Of a stretch of DNA of 64,000 nt, positions 30,182 to 40,140 are shown in pieces. This DNA comes from Methanotrichaceae archaeon. GTDB lineage: Archaea > Halobacteriota > Methanosarcinia > Methanotrichales > Methanotrichaceae. The position numbers and the translations under genes were made by a program. How positions within the stretch are numbered: position 1 is the first letter of the stretch; each line of letters starts with the position of its first letter. The notes beneath the pieces were generated by a model that was not told where the DNA came from, ran no database searches, and saw only the letters and a program-made list of their open reading frames with translations. The DNA is taken from NCBI GenBank assembly GCA_963803145.1, contig CAWDLW010000017.1:160001-224000 (forward strand), in the 5' to 3' direction.

Positions 30182-30199
30182 GGCCTGCTTAAGCAGGCC
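30182..30199 (+). terminator. Palindromic hairpin downstream of mtrE
   Basis: GGCCTGCTTAAGCAGGCC perfect palindrome 18 nt after the stop codon. Confidence 0.4.
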
Positions 30200-30421
30200 T
30201 ACTAAAATTTTAGCAGGTTTGCGCAGCTTTAAAGCATCCCTATTTATAGTGTAGGATAATTATTCTCATAATGACGATTCAAACGAGGATAATTACATCA
30301 ATTGAAGATTATAATTGCATCCTTTATTTACACATGTTAGGAACGATAAATTAGATTGCGAAACCCCCAAGGTTAATAAAAGATATGTATCATAATCGGA
30401 GTATCAGGTGCCGGAAAGAGT

Positions 30422-31000
30422 ATGCCAATAGTTGAATGCCCAAGATGTAGAGAAAATAATAGGGAGCCAAATGAGTCGATCTTAGGGTCGGTGTTGTGTA
30501 TATTCAGAGGTCGAACATGTAGCTTATGTGGCGGCATCGGATATATTAGAGATGAAGTAATATTAGGAATACGATACCAACTAGAAGATTACCGTGATGT
30601 ATCTATTAAAAATCGACAAAATGTATCAAATGCTGACAAAGTGGAATTTGAGCGTTTCCTGATAAAATATAGCTTATTGATAGAGCAAGGCGATGTCTTC
30701 TATAGAAAAGACATATACAACCATGCAATCAAGCGCTATAAAGAAATTACAAAGCTACCAATACCTAGTTCACATTTAGCTGTTGCATGGAACCGTATAG
30801 GCAATGCTTACTACTATCTTGGCGAGTATGTCGAAGCTATTGGGGCATATGATACATCGATTGAACTTGATCCATCAGGAGCATCATTTGATTGGCAAAA
30901 CAAAGGCTATGCTTTGAAGGCACTTGGCCGTGACTTAGAAGCAAACGTAGCTTTCGCAGAGGCCAGAAAGTTAGGTATAAAGGCTGATACCAAATCTTGA
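30422..31000 (+). CDS. TPR protein with N-terminal CxxC...CxxCxGxG zinc-binding motif
   Basis: CPRC and CSLCGGIG motifs; AWNRIGNAYYYLGEYVEAIGAYD and WQNKGYALKALGR TPR motifs. Confidence 0.75.
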   Translation: MPIVECPRCRENNREPNESILGSVLCIFRGRTCSLCGGIGYIRDEVILGIRYQLEDYRDVSIKNRQNVSNADKVEFERFLIKYSLLIEQGDVFYRKDIYNHAIKRYKEITKLPIPSSHLAVAWNRIGNAYYYLGEYVEAIGAYDTSIELDPSGASFDWQNKGYALKALGRDLEANVAFAEARKLGIKADTKS

Positions 31001-31199
31001 TATTGGTGAAGCATTTTTTGATGGCAATATAATCACTAACGAATCAGAATATCCTCCAGCAGTTGCTTATTGCTGAACCAGGCTCACAGGATACCAACAA
31101 ACCATATTAGGCCATCTGGGATTATGTGGGTAGCTCTAGATTCGCGAAACAAAGCGTTTTATCTTTGATTTTTAGCAGGATTGGCAAACTTTAGCCTTA

Positions 31200-31550
31200 A
31201 CTCATCCCTGGCCTACCCGCACATGCAAAAGCAAACCTGGTCTCAGTATTTCGGCCAAGGAGCTTGAGGGCAACTCCTTTGTTGTGCCAGACGATTGCGC
31301 TCTGTGGGTCAATCTACAGAGCCTTATCCCGGGAGTCTACCGCATCCTCGTACCTTTCCAGGCTGCAAAACACAATGCCTCGATTGTACCAGGCTTCTGC
31401 ATTTCTCGGGTCAATTGTAGTAGCCCTCTCAAAAGACCAGATGGCCTCTTTATTCTTTTTCAGGGTAAAAAGAACGATTCCTCTGTTATACCTTTAAGGC
31501 TTATGCGCTCAACTACTTCCTTCGTCTCTGTTTCTTGATAGGTTTTTGGT
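31200..31550 (-). pseudogene. Degenerate TPR gene fragment
   Basis: Minus strand reads YNRGIVLFTL...AWYNRGIVFCSLERYEDA...*IDPQSAIVWHNKGVALKLLGR with in-frame stops. Boundaries are approximate. Confidence 0.6.
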
Positions 31551-31655
31551 TTAAGTTCGGTCTTATTCAGATTTTTCCTCGCTATAATTATCTACAGTCC
31601 TTTTACAAGATGTTGAAACATAAGTGTGCTTTAGTCTAATCCCACTTCATCCTGA

Positions 31656-33272
31656 TCAGCTGAATGTCCTGTCCCAAATCTTGTTGCCATATCCATCGGT
31701 CTTTATGAGCCAGACATCACTATTCCCATCACTTACCCCATGGGGATATGTGGTGCCTGTGATAATGTATCCGCCATCACTGGTTTGCTGGACCGATTTG
31801 CCTTCATTCCATCCTGATTCACCAAATATCCTGTCCCAAACCACATTGCCGTTGGCATCAGTTTTTATCAGCCATATGCCCTGATTCACTGCGCTGTACG
31901 GATTAGAACCTACGATGATATAGCCTCCATCCGAAGTTTGCTGAACTGATTTACCTACATCCTCGCCTGATCCGCCCAAGATCTTATCCCATACTTCATT
32001 GCCATCGGAATCAGTCTTAATCAGCCAGATCTCCCCTGGTATCGAACCGATAGGCACTGTGGATCCCATAATGATATAACCGCCATCTTGGGTCTGTTGA
32101 ACTGATTGGCCGACTGCATCGCCATGCCTTGCTAAGGTTCTGTCCCAAACATTGTTGCCATTGGCATCGGTTTTTATCAGCCACAGAGCACTTTCGCCGC
32201 CTTTACTATACGATTTTGTGGCACCTACGACGATATAACCGCCATCCGAAGTCTGCTGAACCGAGTTGCCCCAATCATCAAGAGGTCCGCCGAAGATCCT
32301 ATCCCAAACTTTGTTTCCATTAGCATCGGTCTTGATCAGCCATACCTTTTGACTCAGGTATGCTTCATTATATGAGTATGTGGAGCCCACGATAATATAC
32401 CCGCCATCATTGGTCTGCTGGACTGATCTAGCACAATCGTCGTTCGGCCCCCCGAATGTTCTATTCCAAACCTCATTGCCTTGAGCATCCGTTTTAATCA
32501 GCCAGGCTTCATGTCCTCCTGAGCCAAAAGATTCTGTGACACCTGCAATAATGTACCCGCCATCCCTAGTTGGCTGAACTGAGTAGCCTATATCGGTACG
32601 CTCTCCACCGAAGATCCTATCCCAAACCTTGTTACCATCAGCATCGGTCTTGATCAGCCACACTATTTGGCTTAGGAATCTCACCTCGTAGGAGTACCTG
32701 GTTCCTGTAATGATGTACCCACAATCATCGGTTTGCTGGACTGAGTAACCTGCCGAATAACCTGGTATGCTAAGGGTATTATCATAGATTGAAGCACCAT
32801 TAGCAAGGGCGGACATATATACCTTGATATCTTGCATTATCTCTTCAATCACATCTCTTCTAAGTTCACTAAATTCTTCATCAGTTAATAAACTTTGCAA
32901 TAGTATGTTATATTGATCATACATTTTCTCCATTTCAGAGTGCGCTTTCAAACACACATTGAATAATCTGGAGATTTCTTTGGATAGAGGATCTACTGGG
33001 TCGTGATCGTAGATATCAATCTGCTCCCCCCAAAATCTAAGCCTTCCCCTGGCAAGGAGCGAATGCAGCGCTCTCTCGTGGATAAAATGCCTTATATAAT
33101 CTACGAGGGAATCATGAGGCCAGCCTCTTAACCTACTCAGAAGTTCATGTCGGCTAATGGGGGCTGCGTACCTGCTCGTAAAGAAATCCTTCTCGGAGCG
33201 ATACTGATTTAGTTCTTGCCCCAAAACCTTGATCAACTTTTCTTTATTATTACTCATACGATATGCCTTCAT
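31656..33272 (-). CDS. QQTxDGGY seven-repeat protein with an unrecognised N-terminal helical domain
   Basis: About 165-aa hydrophilic N-terminus without a signal peptide, then seven repeats closely related to 33330-34547. Confidence 0.8.
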   Translation of the reverse strand: MKAYRMSNNKEKLIKVLGQELNQYRSEKDFFTSRYAAPISRHELLSRLRGWPHDSLVDYIRHFIHERALHSLLARGRLRFWGEQIDIYDHDPVDPLSKEISRLFNVCLKAHSEMEKMYDQYNILLQSLLTDEEFSELRRDVIEEIMQDIKVYMSALANGASIYDNTLSIPGYSAGYSVQQTDDCGYIITGTRYSYEVRFLSQIVWLIKTDADGNKVWDRIFGGERTDIGYSVQPTRDGGYIIAGVTESFGSGGHEAWLIKTDAQGNEVWNRTFGGPNDDCARSVQQTNDGGYIIVGSTYSYNEAYLSQKVWLIKTDANGNKVWDRIFGGPLDDWGNSVQQTSDGGYIVVGATKSYSKGGESALWLIKTDANGNNVWDRTLARHGDAVGQSVQQTQDGGYIIMGSTVPIGSIPGEIWLIKTDSDGNEVWDKILGGSGEDVGKSVQQTSDGGYIIVGSNPYSAVNQGIWLIKTDANGNVVWDRIFGESGWNEGKSVQQTSDGGYIITGTTYPHGVSDGNSDVWLIKTDGYGNKIWDRTFS

Positions 33273-33329
33273 TTCTTTACCGGATTTTGAAGGATATGTG
33301 TTTTCTGGCCTAATCTCGCTTCATCCTGA

Positions 33330-34547
33330 TTAGTCTAAGATCCTGTCCCAAACTCCATTGCCATTTTTATCGGTCTCAATCAGCCAGACCATACTATTCT
33401 CGCCGCCTACTCCATAGGGATACTTAGAACCTGTAATTATATATCCGCCATCTCGAGTCTGCTGAACCGATTTGCCTTCATTCCATCCGTCTCCGTCGAA
33501 GATCCTGTCCCAAGCTTCGCTGCCATTAATATAAGTCTTGATCAGCCAGATACCCTGACTAGCCCCGCCAGCGAGCGCCCTGCCGCCTACTAAGATATAC
33601 CCGCCATCTGGAGTCTGCTGAACTGATTTGCCTACAACGACGCCTGATCCGCCTAAAGTTCTGTCCCAAAGCTCGTTGCCGTTGGCATCCGTCTTTATCA
33701 GCCAAATTTCCCCGGTTGTTTGAGTATAAGGCACCTTTGAACCCGCGATGATGTATCCACCATCATCGGTCTGCTGAACCGAATAGCCCTCGGTTTTGAG
33801 AGCTCCTCCGAAAGTTCTATCCCAAACCCTATTGCCATTGGCATCGGTCTTGATTAGCCAGAGAACGCTGTTTCCACCTTCGCTATAGGATTTCGTAGCG
33901 CCTGTAATTATATACCCGCCATCGCTTGTCTGCTGGACCGAGTTGCCCCAATCATCTCGCGGTCCTCCAAATATCCTGTCCCAAACCTTGTTGCCATTGG
34001 TATCAGTCTTGATCAGCCAGACGACTTGGCTTTGTAGCCCTGCCTCAAAAGAGTACATAGAGCCTGCGACGATATATCCACCATCGCTTGTCTGCTGGAC
34101 TGAGCGTGCCCAATCGGTGCGTACCCCGCCAAAGGTTTTGTTCCAAACCTCCTCGCCATTGGAATCGGTCTTGATCAACCAGGCATCCCGGTCTCCAGCG
34201 CCAAAAGACTCCGTGGACCCTGCGATAATATATCCACCGTCGCTTGTCTGCTGAACGGAGTAACCTATATCATTGCGCGATCCGCCAAATATTCTGTCCC
34301 AAACCTTGTTGCCGTTGGCATCCGTTTTTATCAGCCAGACCATCTGGCTCTGGAACTGTGGCTCAAATGAGTATTTGGTGCCGGCAATAATGTAACCGTT
34401 ATCATTGGTCTGCCGGACTGAGTAACCTGCTCCATAGCCTTGTCCACTAGATGCGTTGCTTGCTATTGGAGCATCCTCGGCAAAGGCTGACACACTTAAC
34501 GCGACGAACAGCAATACAAAACAAAGATAAATTCTGCCCATGAACAT
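33330..34547 (-). CDS. Secreted QQTxDGGY seven-repeat (beta-propeller-like) protein
   Basis: Signal peptide (…LSVSAFA) and seven repeats. Confidence 0.85.
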   Translation of the reverse strand: MFMGRIYLCFVLLFVALSVSAFAEDAPIASNASSGQGYGAGYSVRQTNDNGYIIAGTKYSFEPQFQSQMVWLIKTDANGNKVWDRIFGGSRNDIGYSVQQTSDGGYIIAGSTESFGAGDRDAWLIKTDSNGEEVWNKTFGGVRTDWARSVQQTSDGGYIVAGSMYSFEAGLQSQVVWLIKTDTNGNKVWDRIFGGPRDDWGNSVQQTSDGGYIITGATKSYSEGGNSVLWLIKTDANGNRVWDRTFGGALKTEGYSVQQTDDGGYIIAGSKVPYTQTTGEIWLIKTDANGNELWDRTLGGSGVVVGKSVQQTPDGGYILVGGRALAGGASQGIWLIKTYINGSEAWDRIFDGDGWNEGKSVQQTRDGGYIITGSKYPYGVGGENSMVWLIETDKNGNGVWDRILD

Positions 34548-35061
34548 AGCCTACCATTGCATGATCTTGTGGTTATTAGTCATACGACCGCCATCTACTG
34601 AGCTAGTCCTGTAGAGAACATAATCCAGTCATTCAATCAATGTGACTGTTGCAGCCACACGTAACATATTTTCTTCATATTTCATTGTGCTACCTCACCC
34701 ATCAATATATATTGCGGAGTTCTGAGTAATAATATCCATCGCAGATCAAAGTTCTATAATCGCATCCGGGTGTGTCTGTTATCGGATATAATCTATTTTA
34801 ATTCTTAATAAAATTCTCAATACATCATAGGCCAACACTCTTAAAAGTATCCTTGCAACAGCAGTCTCCTCGAGGAACCAAGGTGCACTATCTCCAAACC
34901 AATTGGTCAAAGCGCCGGAAAACCTTCACAAATTGATCTACGTTTGTATATTTCATCATTGAATAACCTATCTCTAATTCTAGATCCAAACCCACCCGCG
35001 CTTATTCTCTTAGGCTAAATGATAGGTAGATCACCTTGGTCAGCGATTTTATTTTTAGACG

Positions 35062-35180
35062 TAATACCCCGCTAGCTTGCTGCGGATGGGATAGAGAGCA
35101 TCCGTGTTCAACTTAGGTATGGATCAGTTAGCCAACTGTGGCTTAATGCGGCGGCGCACCCCACTGCAAGCAGCCGGGAT
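35062..35180. mobile_element. Possible IS200/IS605-type non-autonomous remnant
   Basis: Two related imperfect hairpins, TAATACCCCGCTAGCTTGCTGCGG and CACCCCACTGCAAGCAGCCGGG, about 100 bp apart, resembling HUH-element subterminal palindromes. No tnpA/tnpB present. Confidence 0.4.
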
Positions 35181-35393
35181 AAAATGCAAGTAATCCCATT
35201 TGAGGTTTGACAGTTAACTTGTTTGCATCTTTATGCGAGGCGCAGCCATTTGATTATGGCTCTTTATAATAACTGTTGATGCCGTGTTGGGTCATAATAC
35301 CTAAATAGGTAAAAACCTAAAAGCATAAAAAGGAAATATGCCAACACGTTATATTATAGAATACGTAACTAGCGGCGGCAGGGCGCTTAGAGT

Positions 35394-36134
35394 ATGAAGA
35401 CGTTTATAGTCGATTCGCACAGCGAAGTTCTTCCATACTGGTTCAAGGAATACCTGGAACTGAGATCACCATTGGTCATAGTTAGAATAGACAAGCATGA
35501 CGATATGAACCACGAATGTCCTGCGCTGCCATCAAGCGAAGGGAGACAAACCTTTGAATATTTGAAAAAAATGATGCCCTACTTATCCGAGTATTCGAAA
35601 AGCGAACTAAACGAAGCTAATTTCACGTGTCCTGCATTCCATTATGGTGCCATAGGAGCTTTATACCATTTCAACCCGAATGGAAGTAAAATAGATGCGT
35701 ACGGAAGGGTCAGCGGCACAAAGTTTGTAAATGTTCCAAAAACGAAGAAGGATTTCCTGCTGATTGGAAGAAAAAGAAGCAATAGAATAATGTGGGATGA
35801 TACAGTCACAAAACTGAGAATACAGTGTGGAAGGATAATCCCGGCTCCACAGGCAATAACGATAGAGGAATTCGGCAAGGATATTCGAAGGAGCTGTTTT
35901 CCTGTAGCAATCGGTTTTGACCTTGATGGCTTATATGGAATTGGTGACAAAGGTATAGCCGAAGTGATTGTAGCTAGAAAAATTGAAAAAATTAGGCATG
36001 TGTTGGAGAATATCCCATCACCCATATTCGCTTGCATTGCGCGCTCTCAGACTCCAAGGGCATATGTGCCGCCGGAAATAGTAGATAAATTGCAGGAAAC
36101 GGCATTAGATCTTATTGGGAATGTCTATTCCTAA
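35394..36134 (+). CDS. UPF0489-like protein (arginase/deacetylase-like metal motifs)
   Basis: IVDSHSEVLPYW, RIDKHDDM, NEANF, FDLDG and IARS motifs. Confidence 0.6.
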   Translation: MKTFIVDSHSEVLPYWFKEYLELRSPLVIVRIDKHDDMNHECPALPSSEGRQTFEYLKKMMPYLSEYSKSELNEANFTCPAFHYGAIGALYHFNPNGSKIDAYGRVSGTKFVNVPKTKKDFLLIGRKRSNRIMWDDTVTKLRIQCGRIIPAPQAITIEEFGKDIRRSCFPVAIGFDLDGLYGIGDKGIAEVIVARKIEKIRHVLENIPSPIFACIARSQTPRAYVPPEIVDKLQETALDLIGNVYS

Positions 36135-36288
36135 TATCCTCTAGAATTCATATCTTTTCCAACTTTAAGCTAGACCTCAAAATCGACGGCATTTTATAAA
36201 ACAATCCAAGCTATCTAATGACAATTGGAAGGAGATTTAAATAAAAGTTAAACATCATTGAGTGCAGAAGTAGCAGAGGAGTCAAAGG

Positions 36289-37398
36289 TTGCCTGTAGAT
36301 CTCTATTCCACTGCGCTTATTGCACTTGTCGTAGTAGCGACGGGCATCGCCAGCATAAGGATAAATGTCTCATCGGCTATTCTGGAAGCAATAGCGGGAA
36401 TATTGCTTGGAAATTTTTTTGGGGTAAGAATAGAGCCCTGGTTGGACTTCCTTGGGACTTTTGGGGGACTTACGCTAACGTTTCTAGCTGGGTCAGAGGT
36501 CGATTTAATATTGCTGGGGAAGAACTTAAGGCCGAGCCTAACTATAGGGGCGATGGCGTTCGTTGTACCGCTAGTTAGCGAGATGCTCTTTTTATCGCTA
36601 TTCACCAACTGGTCTTATTTAGCGAAGCTGACTACAAGCTTGGCGTTAACTGCTACAGCAGTGGCCGTAGTATATACATTGCTTTTAGAGCGCGGGCTTC
36701 TAGAAACATCTATCAGTAAATTGATTCTGGCTGCAATCTTCGTTAACGATATTCTCACTTTAATAGGAATAAGTCTGATCTTGCACACGATTAATTTGTT
36801 TACAATAGTTTTCTTCCTTGTGATAGGGATCATGATAATTGTATTGCCAAAAGTATTGGCGTACTTGGTTAGACGCTATGGGAGGCGTGCAGTTGAGCTT
36901 GAGCTCAGATTCATATTTGCAGCTATGCTCGGAGTTTCATTTCTAGCAGATGCTGGCAATATGCAAGCAGTATTTGGAGCTTTTATACTGGGCCTGGTGT
37001 TTGCAAACAGCATCCACAGTTATGAGGATCTACTTCCGAAGCTGCGATCTGTGACTTTTTCCCTATTATCGCCAGCCTTTTTCATCAGAGCAGGTCTGCT
37101 TATTTCTCTGCCTGCAGTGATAGAAAATATAACATTGATCCTAGGTTTGCTGGGTGTTAAAATGCTGTCAAAGTTCTTGGGGACCTATTATTTTAATAAG
37201 TTATGGATTCCAGATGCTCCCTTTTTTTCAACGATGCTTCTTTCAACGGGACTGACCGTGGGAATAATAACTGCCTCATTTGGAAGAGATATGGGATTCC
37301 TTGATCCAACTCAATTCTCTATTGCTATGATTGCTGTGATCTTAAGTGCGATAATCCCTACATTGATCGCTAAGAAATATACGCCCGCCAAGGTATGA
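36289..37398 (+). CDS. Cation:proton antiporter (CPA2 / Na_H_Exchanger family)
   Basis: FLAGSEVD, TAVAVVY, AAIFVNDIL, VFGAFILG and PAFFIRAG motifs; TTG start after a GAGGAG SD. Confidence 0.88.
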   Translation: MPVDLYSTALIALVVVATGIASIRINVSSAILEAIAGILLGNFFGVRIEPWLDFLGTFGGLTLTFLAGSEVDLILLGKNLRPSLTIGAMAFVVPLVSEMLFLSLFTNWSYLAKLTTSLALTATAVAVVYTLLLERGLLETSISKLILAAIFVNDILTLIGISLILHTINLFTIVFFLVIGIMIIVLPKVLAYLVRRYGRRAVELELRFIFAAMLGVSFLADAGNMQAVFGAFILGLVFANSIHSYEDLLPKLRSVTFSLLSPAFFIRAGLLISLPAVIENITLILGLLGVKMLSKFLGTYYFNKLWIPDAPFFSTMLLSTGLTVGIITASFGRDMGFLDPTQFSIAMIAVILSAIIPTLIAKKYTPAKV

Positions 37399-37445
37399 AG
37401 ATGAGTTTCGACAAAAAGTTAAAGTTTCCTGCCAGACTATGCTGT

Positions 37446-38645
37446 TCACAGGAAACGATACACGATCGGGCAATTAACTACTATTCCAACCGAACCAAAC
37501 GGTCCTCCAGCAGGCCCGGTGATCCAGCCTTTCTGGGCCATACCTAGAATCTGGAACTCCTCGATCATCCTGGATCTGTAGCCTTTGCTGATAGACTCAT
37601 TTGTCCACATGCCGAGGTTCATATCCCACAGTGGGCTATAGTCTGTGGCAACTGAGGGAATGCCGCCCAAGACGTTGAGAGGCGACTCGCCATCTACTAT
37701 TGCACTATCCAGTCCCTGACGCTGCGGGTTGTCATTGCCCATCGGGCCGTTGATGAATACGAAGATCCTCTCGATCGGGCTGAAGGCGCTGTCGTCACGT
37801 CCTACAGGAATATCCTTCAGTGCTGGAGCATAGGTTGCACCTTCCAGTGTAGCCGCTAATGGATCGTTGGCATCAGTGCTGAGGTAAAGCACAGGTTTTG
37901 CAAAGCTGAAACCCTGGGTGAGTTTTAGCGTCACAGTCATATTCTTTGGATCAATGCTCACGACCTTATCTTCCACTATGCTGTAATCTGGCTTGCCGTT
38001 CGGGAACGAAAGCTGACTCGCATCAACGTTGAAGGCTATCATCGGAGCATTGTAGATATGTTCGCCAGCATTTACTATCTTAACCAATGGACTGTAGTCA
38101 GCGTCCCCAACCGATCCTGGCGTCGCATTCTTGGGCGGGAATGCATTGGGCGCATCTCCTGGAACTAGGTCGCGCACGGGCTTGAAGTCCACTGTGCCGC
38201 TATCGAACGTCAGTGTGGCGTTCTTCTCAAGGGTTGCTGTGCGCACGGCTTTGCCGACCGCTGCATAAGTCAGCTTTGGAGCATAATTGAGTCCGAGAGC
38301 ATCTGCGTTCCCCTTATCATCGGTATCTGTCAAGATGTACCATACCTTCCTTCCATCCTTCAATTGACCCTGATAAAGCGGTAGAGTAATCGTGCCAGCG
38401 TTCAAATCGACCATACCGGATCTTAACAGTTGATAGGAGCCGACAAGCTCGCGCTGAACTGTGGAAGGTGCAGGCCCAAAGTAAGTTAAAGGTACATCTG
38501 CGCCAATCGATGGCGGCGCAGGCACTACACTATCCGACTCGACGGCCACTCCTTGCGTCTTCTGGGCAAAGGTGGTAGTACTTAACAGCAAAACAACTGC
38601 TAGCACCAAAATGAAATAGACTTTTGTTCTCATAAGACCTACCAT
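37446..38645 (-). CDS. Secreted conserved hypothetical protein
   Basis: Signal peptide and an internally repeated DYSPL motif; family not recognised. Confidence 0.75.
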   Translation of the reverse strand: MVGLMRTKVYFILVLAVVLLLSTTTFAQKTQGVAVESDSVVPAPPSIGADVPLTYFGPAPSTVQRELVGSYQLLRSGMVDLNAGTITLPLYQGQLKDGRKVWYILTDTDDKGNADALGLNYAPKLTYAAVGKAVRTATLEKNATLTFDSGTVDFKPVRDLVPGDAPNAFPPKNATPGSVGDADYSPLVKIVNAGEHIYNAPMIAFNVDASQLSFPNGKPDYSIVEDKVVSIDPKNMTVTLKLTQGFSFAKPVLYLSTDANDPLAATLEGATYAPALKDIPVGRDDSAFSPIERIFVFINGPMGNDNPQRQGLDSAIVDGESPLNVLGGIPSVATDYSPLWDMNLGMWTNESISKGYRSRMIEEFQILGMAQKGWITGPAGGPFGSVGIVVNCPIVYRFL

Positions 38646-38924
38646 TTATTTTAGATATCTGTATCTGTTTATTTGCGATTCTATGCAGGAGACAGAATAA
38701 TCTTTTGTCTCAATTGGATATAATAATCTTCTCAAATCCTATTTAACTGTTAGCTTTCGGCATACTCAGCATAGTCTTGCTGTAAGAAACCATGTGGGGC
38801 GGAGTGAACCGGATCGACTAATCGGCCTTCTGGATCTATATGATGCATTCGAGGGCCAATGTTTGTAAATCTGCCACCAGGGAGATATCATGGCTTACCT
38901 TGGCGATATCAGCTATCTTATCTC

Positions 38925-39794
38925 TCAGCCAGAGATTGCGCCATATCTAATTACCAGGACAGGCCTTTCCGCTAAGTTAACAATATTGTGTATCCTGCGC
39001 CCTATCCCGTTTGTATTCGATGATGTCATGCCGTGAGAGCTCATTGCTATAAGAGAAACATCTTCTTTACCAGAAATTGCATTTATCTCCTTAGCGACAT
39101 TTCCTACAGCAATATGTGGTATAACGTTAATGCCTACCTTTCGCAAACCCTCAGCCATTCCATCAAGATGCTCTTTCGCATTAGATGTTCTTGCATCTAT
39201 CCTTCCATTTGCATCGCCATCAGGTATGACGTGAAGGAGCATTACCTCTCTGAGTCCCGGTATGCTTTGAATGAAGGAGACTGCAGCCTTGGACGGCTCT
39301 GAGAGGTCTGTTGGAATAAGGACCTTAGAAAATATGCGCCTGCAATAGCTCTCGAAGGTCTCCCTTTCCAGAGACCCAAGAAGCTTGTAGCGCATAATAA
39401 GAAGATTTCTGTTTCCGAAATTGAGCAATCTCCTGGATGCACTTCCCTGTATAATGCTCCTGATAGGGTTCCATCCATGGACGCCCATTACAATAAGATC
39501 GGCATTTTCCTGATCGGCAACTTTTCCGATCATGGAGGCAATATCGCCGTCAAAGTTTATGATTGCCCTGGGCTTTACAGCGATGCCTGGAATCTTGATA
39601 TGCCTTCCTTCGTTCAGCACCTTCTTTTCAGCATCCGATACAAGAGTTACAGGATCCCATATTTCAACAGCAGGATTCCTTGTAAGAACATTCAGGAGCA
39701 CAACCTCCTTTAGTCCAGGCAGACCGCCAAGACATCCTAAAACCTTTTGTGCATACCTCGAAAAATCCGTAGGAACCAAGACCTTCTTGAACAT
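38925..39794 (-). CDS. Universal stress protein (tandem USP domains)
   Basis: MFKKVLVPTDFS start; paralogous to 27670-28551. Confidence 0.9.
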   Translation of the reverse strand: MFKKVLVPTDFSRYAQKVLGCLGGLPGLKEVVLLNVLTRNPAVEIWDPVTLVSDAEKKVLNEGRHIKIPGIAVKPRAIINFDGDIASMIGKVADQENADLIVMGVHGWNPIRSIIQGSASRRLLNFGNRNLLIMRYKLLGSLERETFESYCRRIFSKVLIPTDLSEPSKAAVSFIQSIPGLREVMLLHVIPDGDANGRIDARTSNAKEHLDGMAEGLRKVGINVIPHIAVGNVAKEINAISGKEDVSLIAMSSHGMTSSNTNGIGRRIHNIVNLAERPVLVIRYGAISG

Positions 39795-40140
39795 CTTTAG
39801 TCCACCAGTATATATTAATATCATGCACATAATATTTCAAGTTGTCTACAAACCAGTAAATATTAAGGATGGAAGTTAAGAACAAAAAACCTTTATTGGC
39901 AAATTATGAAAATATAATAACTTCATGTGGCAGAAACAGCGAATATGGGACGCATCCTCATCGCATGCAACTGCCTATCTAAAATATTCGCTCTATCTAA
40001 GTACTTGCTATATCGTAGGCTATGATTCCTAATAATGATCTGCATTGTGGCATCGGGTATGTCTTTGTTAAGCAGTGCCAGTAATAATTCCAGTAGTTAT
40101 AATGACCATCCCGGTAATACTGCAAATAAGCTATAGTGAT

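Noticed and set aside
31656-34547. Regularly spaced nucleotide repeats resembling a CRISPR array or DGR
   Set aside because: They are degenerate ~150-nt coding repeats within ORFs. No identical spacer-separated repeats, cas genes or reverse transcriptase were seen.
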